Source: a virus (Duplodnaviria; Caudoviricetes). From it: DNA of 64,000 nt. Numbering within the stretch: position 1 is the first letter of the stretch; every line of letters starts with the position of its first letter. Both the position numbers and the translations under genes were made by a program. A model generated the notes under the pieces. The model was not told the DNA's origin. It saw only the letters and a program-made list of their open reading frames with translations, and did not search any database. The stretch is from IMG/VR virus record IMGVR_UViG_3300023105_001349, positions 1 through 64,000 of that record; one strand, written 5' to 3'. Of the stretch, positions 30,315 through 39,791 are shown in pieces.

Positions 30315-30929
30315 ATGGCAGATAACTTAAAAGATCAAAGCGGTGTATTGTTGCAAGGGCATATTAAAATACATAACCCTGAAACTGGGGAAGTGTTAGT
30401 TAATAAGCGCAATGCAATACACTACGAAAATATGAGTATTTCATTAGCTGAAAGTATCGGTAATGGCGGCACTGGATGGATATATGAAATGAGCCTAGGC
30501 AACGGCGGTACGTCAGTTGATCCTACTGGTATCATTACATATTTGACGCCAAACAGTACAGGTACTAATGCAAGTTTGTACAATCAAACTTACAGCAAAG
30601 TGATTGACGATAGAAGTGTTAATAACGTAGATCCAGTACGTAACAAAATTGAAACAAGACACGTAAGTGGTACTAATTATACAGACATATTAGTTACTTG
30701 TTTACTAGATTACGGAGAACCAAACGGACAAGATGCATTTGATACTGCCACAGATGAAAATAGTTCGTATATCTTCGACGAGTTAGGATTAAGAGCTTAT
30801 TCAGCTACTGGTACAGGACGTTTACTTACACATGTTATCTTCCATCCTGTACAAAAGAGTTTAAACAGACTGATACAAATTGATTATACTGTGCGAGTGC
30901 AATCACTTTCAGGCTTTAACGAGGTGTAA
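30315..30929 (+). CDS. Baseplate/tail structural protein (gp8-like position)
   Basis: Between giant wedge gene and fibre genes; beta-rich; phage-like codon usage. Confidence 0.55.
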   Translation: MADNLKDQSGVLLQGHIKIHNPETGEVLVNKRNAIHYENMSISLAESIGNGGTGWIYEMSLGNGGTSVDPTGIITYLTPNSTGTNASLYNQTYSKVIDDRSVNNVDPVRNKIETRHVSGTNYTDILVTCLLDYGEPNGQDAFDTATDENSSYIFDELGLRAYSATGTGRLLTHVIFHPVQKSLNRLIQIDYTVRVQSLSGFNEV

Positions 30930-30932
30930 TAA

Positions 30933-32963
30933 ATGGCATATACTATTCCTTACACAGACCAAGCAAACAACGGTACAATTACTGTTGAAGATAATACAAT
31001 TAATACGGAAACTACACTACAGTTTCCAGGAAGAAATACTACTTCATACGGTAAAATTGTAGCAACTAACCTTTTACACTTATTAGAAAACTTTGCAAGT
31101 GCTACAGAGCCAGCAAGACCTACTGAAGGTCAGCTTTGGTACGATACTACACCAAGTGGAGAGCAACTTAAAGTATATGACGGTACTCAATGGGTGCCAG
31201 CAGGTGGACTTAATAAGGGAGCATCAGAACCAAATGTAACAAGTTCTCAACGAGGCGACCTTTGGGTTGACACAGACAACCAACAACTTTACTTAAACTC
31301 AGGTTCAGGTTGGGTATTAGTTGGACCTACGTTTAGCGATGGTCTTTCAACAGGTGTTACACCATTAAATGTTACTGGTACAGACAATGCAGAATACACT
31401 GTAGTACAAGTTGAAGTAAATGCTCAACCAGTTGCACTAATTAGCACAAGTGCATTTAGTCCTAAAACTACTATTCCTGGTTTTGAAGCTGGCTTAAAAC
31501 CTGGCTTTAATCTAAGTACAAGAAATATTACTGGCAACGGCGTTGCAAAATATTACGGTACTGCTGAAAAAGCAGAAAATCTTGTAGTAAACAATGCAAC
31601 AGTTCCAGCAGGTAACTTCTTAAGAAGTGATGTCACTAGTACAACACTATTTCCTTTAAACGTACAAAACAATACAGGTGTTACTATTGGTACTGACGCT
31701 GCACTAAACGTTGCAGTTGAAGGTCAGGCAGGTATTATTCAACAAAACATTGAAGGTTCAAACATTGACTTAAGAACTAGAAGCCAAGGTAGAACTAGAA
31801 CAGTATTAAGAGTTGATGCTTCACAACGTATTGGTGTAAACACGCAAGCACCAGACGAAGCATTAGATGTTGTAGGTAATATACAAACTAATTCTTCATT
31901 GTTTATTAATGGTACTACAGAAAGCTCTACAATTAGCACAGGTAGTTTAATAACTAAAGGCGGCGTTGGCGTTGCAAAAAGTGTTAATATTGGCGGAGAG
32001 TTACAAGTAAATGACGTTACTACACTAGCAAACACTATTCCAGATGGTAACAACACAAGAGATTTAGGTGCAGCAGCATCTAAATGGCAAAACATTTATG
32101 CTACTACGTTTGTCGGTAACTTGACTGGTAACGTAAACGGTACAGTTTCGGGCGTTGCTGGTAGTGCTAACAAACTAACATCAGGTAGTACATTTAGAAT
32201 TAGTGGTGACGTAACAGCAGATGACGTTGTATTTGACGGACAAACTGGCGGCACACTAAAAATATTTAATACAGAAATTAGTAACGCAATTATTTCTTCA
32301 AAAGAACTTACAAACGTTACACAAATTGATGATGAAATTTTAATTAACAGAACTACAGGTAACCAAGGACTATACAGAACTTCAAGAAGAACGTTGTTAA
32401 GTGCTGTTCCGGTAAACCCACCAGGTGTGTTACTTCCATATGCAGGTACTTCTGCACCAACTGGTTGGTTGTTATGTGATGGTTCAGAATACAGAATTTC
32501 AGAATACACAGTTTTATTCCAAGCAATTGGTTACGCATTTGGTGCAAGAACTACAGTAACAAGTGGATTCTTTAAAGTACCTGATATGAGAGGCAGATTG
32601 CCACTAGGTGCAGATAACATTGGCGGCCTAAGTGCAAATACTGTAACAGCAGACTACGCAGACGGTATTGGACAAATTGGCGGTTCGGAAACAAAAACTA
32701 TTAATGTAGAAAATTTACCAGAGCACAAGCACAATTTAAGTGGTGACTCCGGTGACCAGTACTTTGCAATACGTGACGTTAGTGGTACACCTAGAGATAA
32801 CGAAGCGATTGTATATGATGCTCCAACAGGGTTAGGTAACGGACAAGCACTTCCAAATAGTGGTGCTATTATTAGTGAAGACGATGTAGGACAACCTATT
32901 AATGCAATGAACCCAACACTAACACTTAATTACATTATCTATACTGGGAGGACGATAACCTAA
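30933..32963 (+). CDS. Tail fibre/short fibre with tail-collar domain
   Basis: Shared fibre N-terminal domain; RIGVNTQAPDEALDVVG; collar PGVLLPYAGTSAPTGWLLCDG...FKVPDMRGR; HKH metal site. Confidence 0.8.
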   Translation: MAYTIPYTDQANNGTITVEDNTINTETTLQFPGRNTTSYGKIVATNLLHLLENFASATEPARPTEGQLWYDTTPSGEQLKVYDGTQWVPAGGLNKGASEPNVTSSQRGDLWVDTDNQQLYLNSGSGWVLVGPTFSDGLSTGVTPLNVTGTDNAEYTVVQVEVNAQPVALISTSAFSPKTTIPGFEAGLKPGFNLSTRNITGNGVAKYYGTAEKAENLVVNNATVPAGNFLRSDVTSTTLFPLNVQNNTGVTIGTDAALNVAVEGQAGIIQQNIEGSNIDLRTRSQGRTRTVLRVDASQRIGVNTQAPDEALDVVGNIQTNSSLFINGTTESSTISTGSLITKGGVGVAKSVNIGGELQVNDVTTLANTIPDGNNTRDLGAAASKWQNIYATTFVGNLTGNVNGTVSGVAGSANKLTSGSTFRISGDVTADDVVFDGQTGGTLKIFNTEISNAIISSKELTNVTQIDDEILINRTTGNQGLYRTSRRTLLSAVPVNPPGVLLPYAGTSAPTGWLLCDGSEYRISEYTVLFQAIGYAFGARTTVTSGFFKVPDMRGRLPLGADNIGGLSANTVTADYADGIGQIGGSETKTINVENLPEHKHNLSGDSGDQYFAIRDVSGTPRDNEAIVYDAPTGLGNGQALPNSGAIISEDDVGQPINAMNPTLTLNYIIYTGRTIT

Positions 32964-34822
32964 TGAGTTACAAGTTAAACAAAACTGACGGCGAACTACT
33001 AGTCGAATTAGCAGACGGCCAGATAGATACTACTACAACCGATATTACGTTAGTTGGAAGAAACTACAAGGGCTTTGGCGAAAGTGTCAACGAAAACTTT
33101 ATTAAGATGGTTGAGAACTTTGCTAATACCGCTGCCCCAGGTAATCCTCTAGTTGGACAACTTTGGTATGATACTAGCGATCAAAGATTAAAATTATATG
33201 ACGGCAATTCATTTAGAACCGCCGGCGGACCTATTGTAAGTAATTCACAACCAAGTATGGTTGCTGGTGATATTTGGATTGATAACGAAAATAACAAAAT
33301 GTACTTCTTTGATGGTACAGATTTAGTATTAGTTGGTCCAGACTACGATGCAGGGCAAGGACAAACAGGTTTTGAAGTTGCATCAGTAATTGATATTTCA
33401 GCACGTGAGCGTGTTATTCTTAAGATATGGATGGGCGGAACATTATTTGGTATTATTACTAAAGAAGAATTTCGTTTAAGCGGCGACAATAAAATTCCAG
33501 GTTATCCAGATGATCCAAATGATGTTGTATTTCCAGCAAGACAATTAATCAAAAAAGGTTTTAATTTTGTAGATGATGCTTTTTGGTATCAAGGAACAGC
33601 AGCAGATGCAAGATCTCTTGTAGACGCCGACGGCAACTCATTTACTAGTGCAGACTTTTTACCAACTGGCGCTAATGGTGTTACTACAGGTAGCATAAGA
33701 ATTAAGAACAGCGCAGGTTTAAGTGTAGGTATTGGCGATACTGAGTACGGTGTTTTAAAAATTGTAGGTAGTACTACAACATTAGAAACACAACAAAGTA
33801 ATACTAATATACAACTTAGAACAAGAACTGGTAACCAGTTTACTACACCTTTATTTGTTAATGCTCAGTACAGTAGATTAGGTATATATCAAACAAATCC
33901 TCAGTATACGCTTGACATTACTGGAACATTACACGCTACAGGAAGTGCTGTTATTGATGGTGATTTAACTGTTAACGGTAATGCTACATATGTTAATGTT
34001 GCAAATATTCAAGTTGAAGATAAAAACATTGAATTAAACATATCGGGCGGTGTAACAGCAAGCGACGATGCAGGGCTTGATGGCGCAGGACTTATTTTAA
34101 AGTCAACCGATAGCGATAAATCAATTATTTGGGATAATACACAATCGTCACTAGACATTAGCGAAAATGTTAATTTACCACTTGGTAAAGAATTTAGAAT
34201 TAATGATCAGCTAGTTTTAAGCAGAACAGAATTAGGTCCAACAGTTGCTACAGCAAATGGACTAAGCAGTATTGGTACACTTGTACAGTTAAACGTAGAC
34301 AATGTAAGCATTGATGGCAACACTATTTCAACTGTAGGAACAGGTTTAATTATTAACCCTGCAGGTAATATTACAGTTAGTAATAGTAGAATTACAGACG
34401 TTACTGATCCAGTTAATCCGCAAGATGCAGCAACAAAAGAATACGTTGATATACAACTAAGTTCAGAGCCTGTTGTATTAACAATGGATGCTACTGGATT
34501 TGTATTACCGTCGGCTGGTAACCCGTATGATGATGTTAAGGCAGTACTAGAAAGTATTTCGCCAGCAGCAGCAAAACAAAACGGAACACTAGCAAAAATT
34601 GCAACAGTGTCATATAGTAACGTATCTGTTACAGGAATTGACGTACAAGGAGCAATGAACAAGAGTTATTTAAGTGTAATTGCAGAAGATTCAAGTGCAG
34701 AATCAGTAGTTCAAGACGTGAACTTTGATCCAGTAAGTGGTACTGCAAACTTTACACCGACACGAACAGTTATGACATTTGAAGTACAAGGCGGGGCTTG
34801 GGCTTGGGTAAGTACAGTGTAA
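32963..34822 (+). CDS. Tail-fibre-like protein, paralogue 2
   Basis: Shared N-terminus (LVGRNYKGFGE..NENF..MVENFA..GQLWYD); RLGIYQTNPQYTLDITG; VTDPVNPQDAATKEYVD. Confidence 0.75.
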   Translation: MSYKLNKTDGELLVELADGQIDTTTTDITLVGRNYKGFGESVNENFIKMVENFANTAAPGNPLVGQLWYDTSDQRLKLYDGNSFRTAGGPIVSNSQPSMVAGDIWIDNENNKMYFFDGTDLVLVGPDYDAGQGQTGFEVASVIDISARERVILKIWMGGTLFGIITKEEFRLSGDNKIPGYPDDPNDVVFPARQLIKKGFNFVDDAFWYQGTAADARSLVDADGNSFTSADFLPTGANGVTTGSIRIKNSAGLSVGIGDTEYGVLKIVGSTTTLETQQSNTNIQLRTRTGNQFTTPLFVNAQYSRLGIYQTNPQYTLDITGTLHATGSAVIDGDLTVNGNATYVNVANIQVEDKNIELNISGGVTASDDAGLDGAGLILKSTDSDKSIIWDNTQSSLDISENVNLPLGKEFRINDQLVLSRTELGPTVATANGLSSIGTLVQLNVDNVSIDGNTISTVGTGLIINPAGNITVSNSRITDVTDPVNPQDAATKEYVDIQLSSEPVVLTMDATGFVLPSAGNPYDDVKAVLESISPAAAKQNGTLAKIATVSYSNVSVTGIDVQGAMNKSYLSVIAEDSSAESVVQDVNFDPVSGTANFTPTRTVMTFEVQGGAWAWVSTV

Positions 34823-34836
34823 TGTCAAAATTGCGA

Positions 34837-34842
34837 TAAATA
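34837..34842 (+). promoter_or_regulatory. Late-promoter-like TAAATA upstream of fibre 3
   Basis: Intergenic, 25 nt before ATG 34867. Confidence 0.55.
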
Positions 34843-34866
34843 CCATATAGGACACAAGGTTAGCAC

Positions 34867-36765
34867 ATGGCATATACTATAAACAGATACGATAGATCGA
34901 TTTTAACAACTGTAGAAGAGGGCACAGTTGATAGAACTACTGACATACAGTTGGTGGGAAAAAACTATGCCGGCTATGGTGAAATACAAAACGAAAACTT
35001 CCTTTATTTGCTTGAAAATTTTAGTGGCGGAAACGCACCAACTAAAGCACTAAGCGGACAACTTTGGTACGATACTACATCTAAAAAAATTAGAGTATTT
35101 GACGGAACTACATGGAGAAAGTTAGGAGTAACAACTACTAACACAACTGAGCCGTCAGGTCAAGTTTTAGGCGATTTTTGGTGGGATACTGACAAAGGAC
35201 AGTTATATGCTTACAACGGTACATCTCATGAATTAATTGGTCCTGAAAAAGCTGGCACAGGCATTACAAAAATGGTTAGTGCTGAAGTTGTTGATACTGT
35301 AGGAAATACACATTCTATTATTCAAGCATACAGTAACAACGATGTAATTTTTATTATTAGTACAGATACGTTTACTCTTGATAATGCTATTAATCCTATA
35401 ACAGGATATTCAGATATACGTTCAGGAACAACACTAATAAACAGTGCAAGTGCATCGGGCGTAACAAGTTCTGCTCATAGATACTGGGGTACAGCATCTA
35501 ATGCAGAAAAATTAGATGATTTAGATAGTACACAGTTTTTACGCAGTGATGTAAGCACAGCGTTAACAGGCGAATTTACATTTAATAACGAAGCAACAGG
35601 CGTTAATTGGGTCGGTGGTGACCAAACAATTAAAGGTTTTGATGCTGACGCCAAGTTAGAAATTAAAACTAGATCAACTGACGAAACAGTTTTTAAAGCA
35701 GGAACCGCAACAACATTAAAAATTAATCCAGGTGCAGTACAACTAGGATTAACTTACTTAGGTAACACAGTTTGGCATGCAGGAAATCAAGGACCTGGAA
35801 GCGGCCTAGATGCAGATAAACTTGATGGCTACCAGCACGGTGACTTCTTAAAAGTAAATGCTAAAGCAGTTGACTCAGAGTTATTAGACGGATTAGATAG
35901 TACAGCATTCTTACAACGTTCCGGCGGAACAATGACCGGTAATGTTACTTTTAGTGATAACGGTGAAGGATTAGTATTTGCACCAAATACAGATAATGCA
36001 ACTATCAAATATCATAATGCAGGTGTTGGTGACACAGATGCACGTTTAGAGTTTCAAACTTTAAATAATGACTATAACGCATTCCGTTGGACACATAATT
36101 CAACAGGTAGTAGTGTTGTTGAGTTAATGAAACTTGTAAACAATGACGTTGCTAATGGATTAACATATAGAGGAAACACTGTATGGCACGAAGGTAATCA
36201 GGGTGCTGGCACAGGACTAGATGCTGATACACTAGATGGGTTACAAGCAACAGACTTTTTACTTGTTAATGGTAAAGCAGTTGATTCTGCACTAGCAGAT
36301 TATGCTACAAATTCAGGTCAACTAGATGGATTAGATTCAACAGACTTTTTACGTGTTAACGGAAAGGCTGTTACTGCTGGTAGAGCAGACAGTGCATTTC
36401 AAGCAGATAATGCAGATAAATTAGATGGGTTCCATCATGATTCGTTTTTAAAAATAGCAGGCGGAACACTAAGTGGGTACTTAACACTACATGCTTCTCC
36501 AACTCAAATTAACCATGCAGCAACAAAAGGTTATGTAGATGCTATTTTTGCACAAAGTGATATTTACTGGGCAGGTGCAACAACTCTTGCAAATGTTCAG
36601 TCAACTTATTCATCGTTCCCAACAGGAACAAAAGTTGCGTTTTGGAATGAACGTGTTTACAATGCACCAAGAAACGGTAACGGTGGTAATGCAACAGTTT
36701 ATGACAGATATAAGCAAACAGTACAAAAACAAAGTAATGGCAGTTGGCTAACGATTGGGGATTAA
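34867..36765 (+). CDS. Long tail fibre, paralogue 3, with LDADxLDG repeats
   Basis: Shared N-terminus; two LTYxGNTVWHxGNQG motifs and repeated LDG..xxFL units; HAATKGYVD. Confidence 0.8.
   Translation: MAYTINRYDRSILTTVEEGTVDRTTDIQLVGKNYAGYGEIQNENFLYLLENFSGGNAPTKALSGQLWYDTTSKKIRVFDGTTWRKLGVTTTNTTEPSGQVLGDFWWDTDKGQLYAYNGTSHELIGPEKAGTGITKMVSAEVVDTVGNTHSIIQAYSNNDVIFIISTDTFTLDNAINPITGYSDIRSGTTLINSASASGVTSSAHRYWGTASNAEKLDDLDSTQFLRSDVSTALTGEFTFNNEATGVNWVGGDQTIKGFDADAKLEIKTRSTDETVFKAGTATTLKINPGAVQLGLTYLGNTVWHAGNQGPGSGLDADKLDGYQHGDFLKVNAKAVDSELLDGLDSTAFLQRSGGTMTGNVTFSDNGEGLVFAPNTDNATIKYHNAGVGDTDARLEFQTLNNDYNAFRWTHNSTGSSVVELMKLVNNDVANGLTYRGNTVWHEGNQGAGTGLDADTLDGLQATDFLLVNGKAVDSALADYATNSGQLDGLDSTDFLRVNGKAVTAGRADSAFQADNADKLDGFHHDSFLKIAGGTLSGYLTLHASPTQINHAATKGYVDAIFAQSDIYWAGATTLANVQSTYSSFPTGTKVAFWNERVYNAPRNGNGGNATVYDRYKQTVQKQSNGSWLTIGD
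35500..36450 (+). repeat. Diverged intragenic repeats of fibre shaft
   Basis: Six (A)D(K/T)LD(G/D)xxxxxFL units; related DNA at about 35761-35830 and 36172-36240. Confidence 0.7.
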
Positions 36766-36768
36766 ACA

Positions 36769-37284
36769 ATGACAGAATTAAACAGACAACCGGCACTAGC
36801 ACAATTTAACAAACTTAATAATAAGTTTACTACAGTGTTGGGTATGGTTGAAGATCAATCGTTACTAAATCACGATTTATATCTTTACAGAGAAATTGAA
36901 ATAGACTTTGATAACGAAGATGTTGACGGAACATATGACAATTATACAATTTATAATGTTTATGATAATCCTTTAATTACAGAAGATAGTCTAAATGAAA
37001 TGGCTCGTGTTAGAATAACAGATGAATATCCGTTAGAAATACAATTATCTATTTTAGGTAATGTATTAGAAAAAGTTGCTGACGCAAATGCTATTGAATG
37101 TGAAGATTTAAAAGAAATGAATGACTTTATTGCAGAAGCACGTAGAGTTAACAAATTAAGAAAACAGTTTTATGCAGACAATCCTGAATTCCGTTATATG
37201 ACAACTGAAGAAGCGGATGCTGCAATTAATGAGAAATACGAAGGCGCAATTCAAGAATATGGAACAGACACTAGAGATATCTAA
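36769..37284 (+). CDS. Putative tail fibre assembly/chaperone protein
   Basis: Immediately follows fibre; RITDEYPLEIQLSIL...EMNDFIAEAR resembles fibre-assembly chaperones. Confidence 0.45.
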   Translation: MTELNRQPALAQFNKLNNKFTTVLGMVEDQSLLNHDLYLYREIEIDFDNEDVDGTYDNYTIYNVYDNPLITEDSLNEMARVRITDEYPLEIQLSILGNVLEKVADANAIECEDLKEMNDFIAEARRVNKLRKQFYADNPEFRYMTTEEADAAINEKYEGAIQEYGTDTRDI

Positions 37285-37738
37285 AATATTAGAAAAGGAT
37301 ATAGCACTACAAGTGCGTTCTCTAGCAGAATCTATAGAAGAACCTAGGTGGTTTCATAGAGATAGAATGGCACCGGGAAGAGCAATCGACGGTGCTAGTT
37401 GTAAATATGATTTTTGTGGGCATAAGCAAATGTCTAAAGAAACTAAAGAGTTTCTAAAAGATATTGCTCCTAAATTTGAAAACTATAGACTTGCTGAAAT
37501 AGCAATAAATAGGTATAAGCAAGGAGATTATTTAGGAAAGCACAAGGATAGAGATTATTACAGAAAAAACCTTGTAATATCTCTACAAGAACAAGGCGAT
37601 GGTTTGTACATCGACGATGAAGATAAATTTGTTGAAGATGTTACAGGACAGGGAGTATGTATTAACGGAATAGGACCTACACATTCAGTGCCGGAAGTAA
37701 AGAAGTTAAGATATACTTTAATATATTTGTATGAGTGA
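37259..37738 (+). CDS. 2OG-Fe(II) oxygenase (likely start 37259; track start 37217)
   Basis: AINRYKQGDYLGKHKD (HxD), LVISL, distal H in THSV, terminal RYTLIY. Confidence 0.8.
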   Translation: MEQTLEISKILEKDIALQVRSLAESIEEPRWFHRDRMAPGRAIDGASCKYDFCGHKQMSKETKEFLKDIAPKFENYRLAEIAINRYKQGDYLGKHKDRDYYRKNLVISLQEQGDGLYIDDEDKFVEDVTGQGVCINGIGPTHSVPEVKKLRYTLIYLYE

Positions 37739-38205
37739 AAGACATGATTGAAAGAATAGGAAATCTAGAAGCAGATAAAATTGCTACATTAAAAAACTTA
37801 CAAAGTAACATAGATTTTGTAAGCAATAGAATACGACTTGGCACTAATGGTGCTAACAAGTTGAGCGTCTATTCGTTCTCTAAATGGAAAACTTGGGATA
37901 GAGCAACACGTAATTCTTTCAAAGAATGCTTTAATCAAGATGATATTGATAAAGCACTTATAGGATGGTTTTTACACTTACCTGCAAATACAGGATTTTT
38001 AGATGAACAAAACGCATGGGTTGATGCACCAGTTGCAGGAACTGTAATTGCATACAGTTTATCTGATAGTAATAATATTTGGGTAGCTGGAAATGAGGCT
38101 AGAATTTCAACCGGCGAAGGGATCAAATTTAGTTTAAAAAACTTACATGAGATTAAAACGTCAACTACCGATAAAAATTGGGCATGTTTGATGCTACTGC
38201 AATAA
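37735..38205 (+). CDS. 2OG-oxygenase/cupin-fold-like protein with atypical metal motif
   Basis: WFLHLPANTGFLDEQ...VIAYSL...LHEIK...WACLM pattern parallels a double-stranded beta-helix; GTGA-overlap coupling to previous gene. Confidence 0.45.
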   Translation: MKDMIERIGNLEADKIATLKNLQSNIDFVSNRIRLGTNGANKLSVYSFSKWKTWDRATRNSFKECFNQDDIDKALIGWFLHLPANTGFLDEQNAWVDAPVAGTVIAYSLSDSNNIWVAGNEARISTGEGIKFSLKNLHEIKTSTTDKNWACLMLLQ

Positions 38206-38208
38206 TGC

Positions 38209-38214
38209 TAAATA
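38209..38214 (+). promoter_or_regulatory. Late-promoter-like TAAATA upstream of fibre 4
   Basis: Intergenic, before AGGA SD and ATG 38233. Confidence 0.55.
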
Positions 38215-38232
38215 CATTAAGGAATAGGAAAA

Positions 38233-39762
38233 ATGTCATATCAAATAGATAGATACAACAAAACACTCTTAACAGTAGTTGAAGACGGTACAATCGATCA
38301 GTCAACTGATCTAAACTTTGTTGGTAAAAACTACGCAGGATACGGAGAAATACACAACGAGAACTTTTTGTTCTTGTTAGAAAATTTTGCGGGTGCAAAC
38401 CCTCCACCAAGAGCAATTAGCGGTCAAGTATGGTTTGATTCAAACGAAAGCAAACTAAAATTTTACGATGGCAGCAGATGGCGTACAACAGGCGGTGCTG
38501 AAACTACAGGTAGCACTCCGACAGGTTTAACAGAAGGCGACTTTTGGTGGGATACAGCAAACGAACAACTTTACGCATATAACGGAACTGACTTTATTCT
38601 AATTGGTCCGCAAGATGCAGGTGAAGGTGTTACGCAGATGCAATCACGTTCTGTTAGAGATACAAACGGTTTTGTACATCCTGTAATTACTTCTGTTGTA
38701 AACGATGTTGTTGTACACATTATTTCTAATGACACATTTACTATTGATACTACTGATGCAGAAAACGTTATTCCTGGCTTTGATGTTGTTAAGAAAGGTG
38801 TTACAATGGTTAACACTCAAGCAGCAACAGGCGGAGTTACATCAAGTGAACATATATTTTGGGGAACAGCATCTGGGTCTTTATCACTAGTTGACTCTGC
38901 AGGTAATAGAATTTCAGTTGATGATGTTGTTGTTTCCAATCCAGGCGCACCAACAGTGTTTACTGAAATTGCAGAATTTGCAGATGCTGGTGTTGCTATT
39001 GGTGATTCAAACGATTTTAAAATTTATGTACCAAACAATACAGATAATAAAATAGCACTATCAAACGAAATTGGTAATACTATATTTTTAATGGCTAAGC
39101 CAGTTGATGCACAAGCAAAGAACTCTATTAGAATTACTCCTACTGCAATGTTACCAGGTGTAACAGATGTAGAAGAATCAGATGAGAACAATTATGTTTT
39201 AGAAACAGTTAGTATTGGATCATCAACAGCACCGTTTAGTGAAGTGTTTGCAGATAACTTTACAGGATTAGCAGAAAAAGCAACTGCACTTGTAGTTGAT
39301 GGAAATAATAGACTTGGTGCTACTTTAGCAACAGCAAACACTGTTGCAGTTAGAGATGGTAGCGGCGATTTAAGAGCAAATTTATTTAGAGGTACAGCAC
39401 TAACAGCTCGTTATGCAGACCTTGCAGAAAAATATACTACAGACAATCATTATGCAGTTGGAACTGCTATGGCAGTTGGTGGAAACGAAGAAACAAGAGC
39501 TGCAAAAACAAGCGATCTTTGTATTGGAGTTATTTCCGAAGCACCGGCATTGCTAATGAATGAAGAAAGTGAAGGCCAGGCCATTGCACTTAAAGGGCGT
39601 GTTCCTGTAAGAGTAAAAGGTCCAGTATCAAAAGGTCAAGCAGTATATGCATGGGAAGGCGGAGTTTGTACAACTATTGCATCGATGGCATTAGTTGGAG
39701 TGGCTTTAGAATCTAGCACCGACGATGAAGAAAAATTAATCGAGTGCGTACTAAAGGTATAA
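38233..39762 (+). CDS. Tail-fibre-like paralogue 4 with C-terminal intramolecular-chaperone (peptidase G2-like) domain
   Basis: Shared N-terminus; C-terminal ARYADLAEKY...GVISEAP...IALKGRVPVRVKG. Confidence 0.7.
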   Translation: MSYQIDRYNKTLLTVVEDGTIDQSTDLNFVGKNYAGYGEIHNENFLFLLENFAGANPPPRAISGQVWFDSNESKLKFYDGSRWRTTGGAETTGSTPTGLTEGDFWWDTANEQLYAYNGTDFILIGPQDAGEGVTQMQSRSVRDTNGFVHPVITSVVNDVVVHIISNDTFTIDTTDAENVIPGFDVVKKGVTMVNTQAATGGVTSSEHIFWGTASGSLSLVDSAGNRISVDDVVVSNPGAPTVFTEIAEFADAGVAIGDSNDFKIYVPNNTDNKIALSNEIGNTIFLMAKPVDAQAKNSIRITPTAMLPGVTDVEESDENNYVLETVSIGSSTAPFSEVFADNFTGLAEKATALVVDGNNRLGATLATANTVAVRDGSGDLRANLFRGTALTARYADLAEKYTTDNHYAVGTAMAVGGNEETRAAKTSDLCIGVISEAPALLMNEESEGQAIALKGRVPVRVKGPVSKGQAVYAWEGGVCTTIASMALVGVALESSTDDEEKLIECVLKV

Positions 39763-39765
39763 ATA
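39758..39765 (+). promoter_or_regulatory. T4-type late promoter TATAAATA
   Basis: Exact T4 late consensus overlapping the stop of the previous gene. Confidence 0.65.
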
Positions 39766-39791
39766 TACGTAGTTAATAAGGAACAGACATT

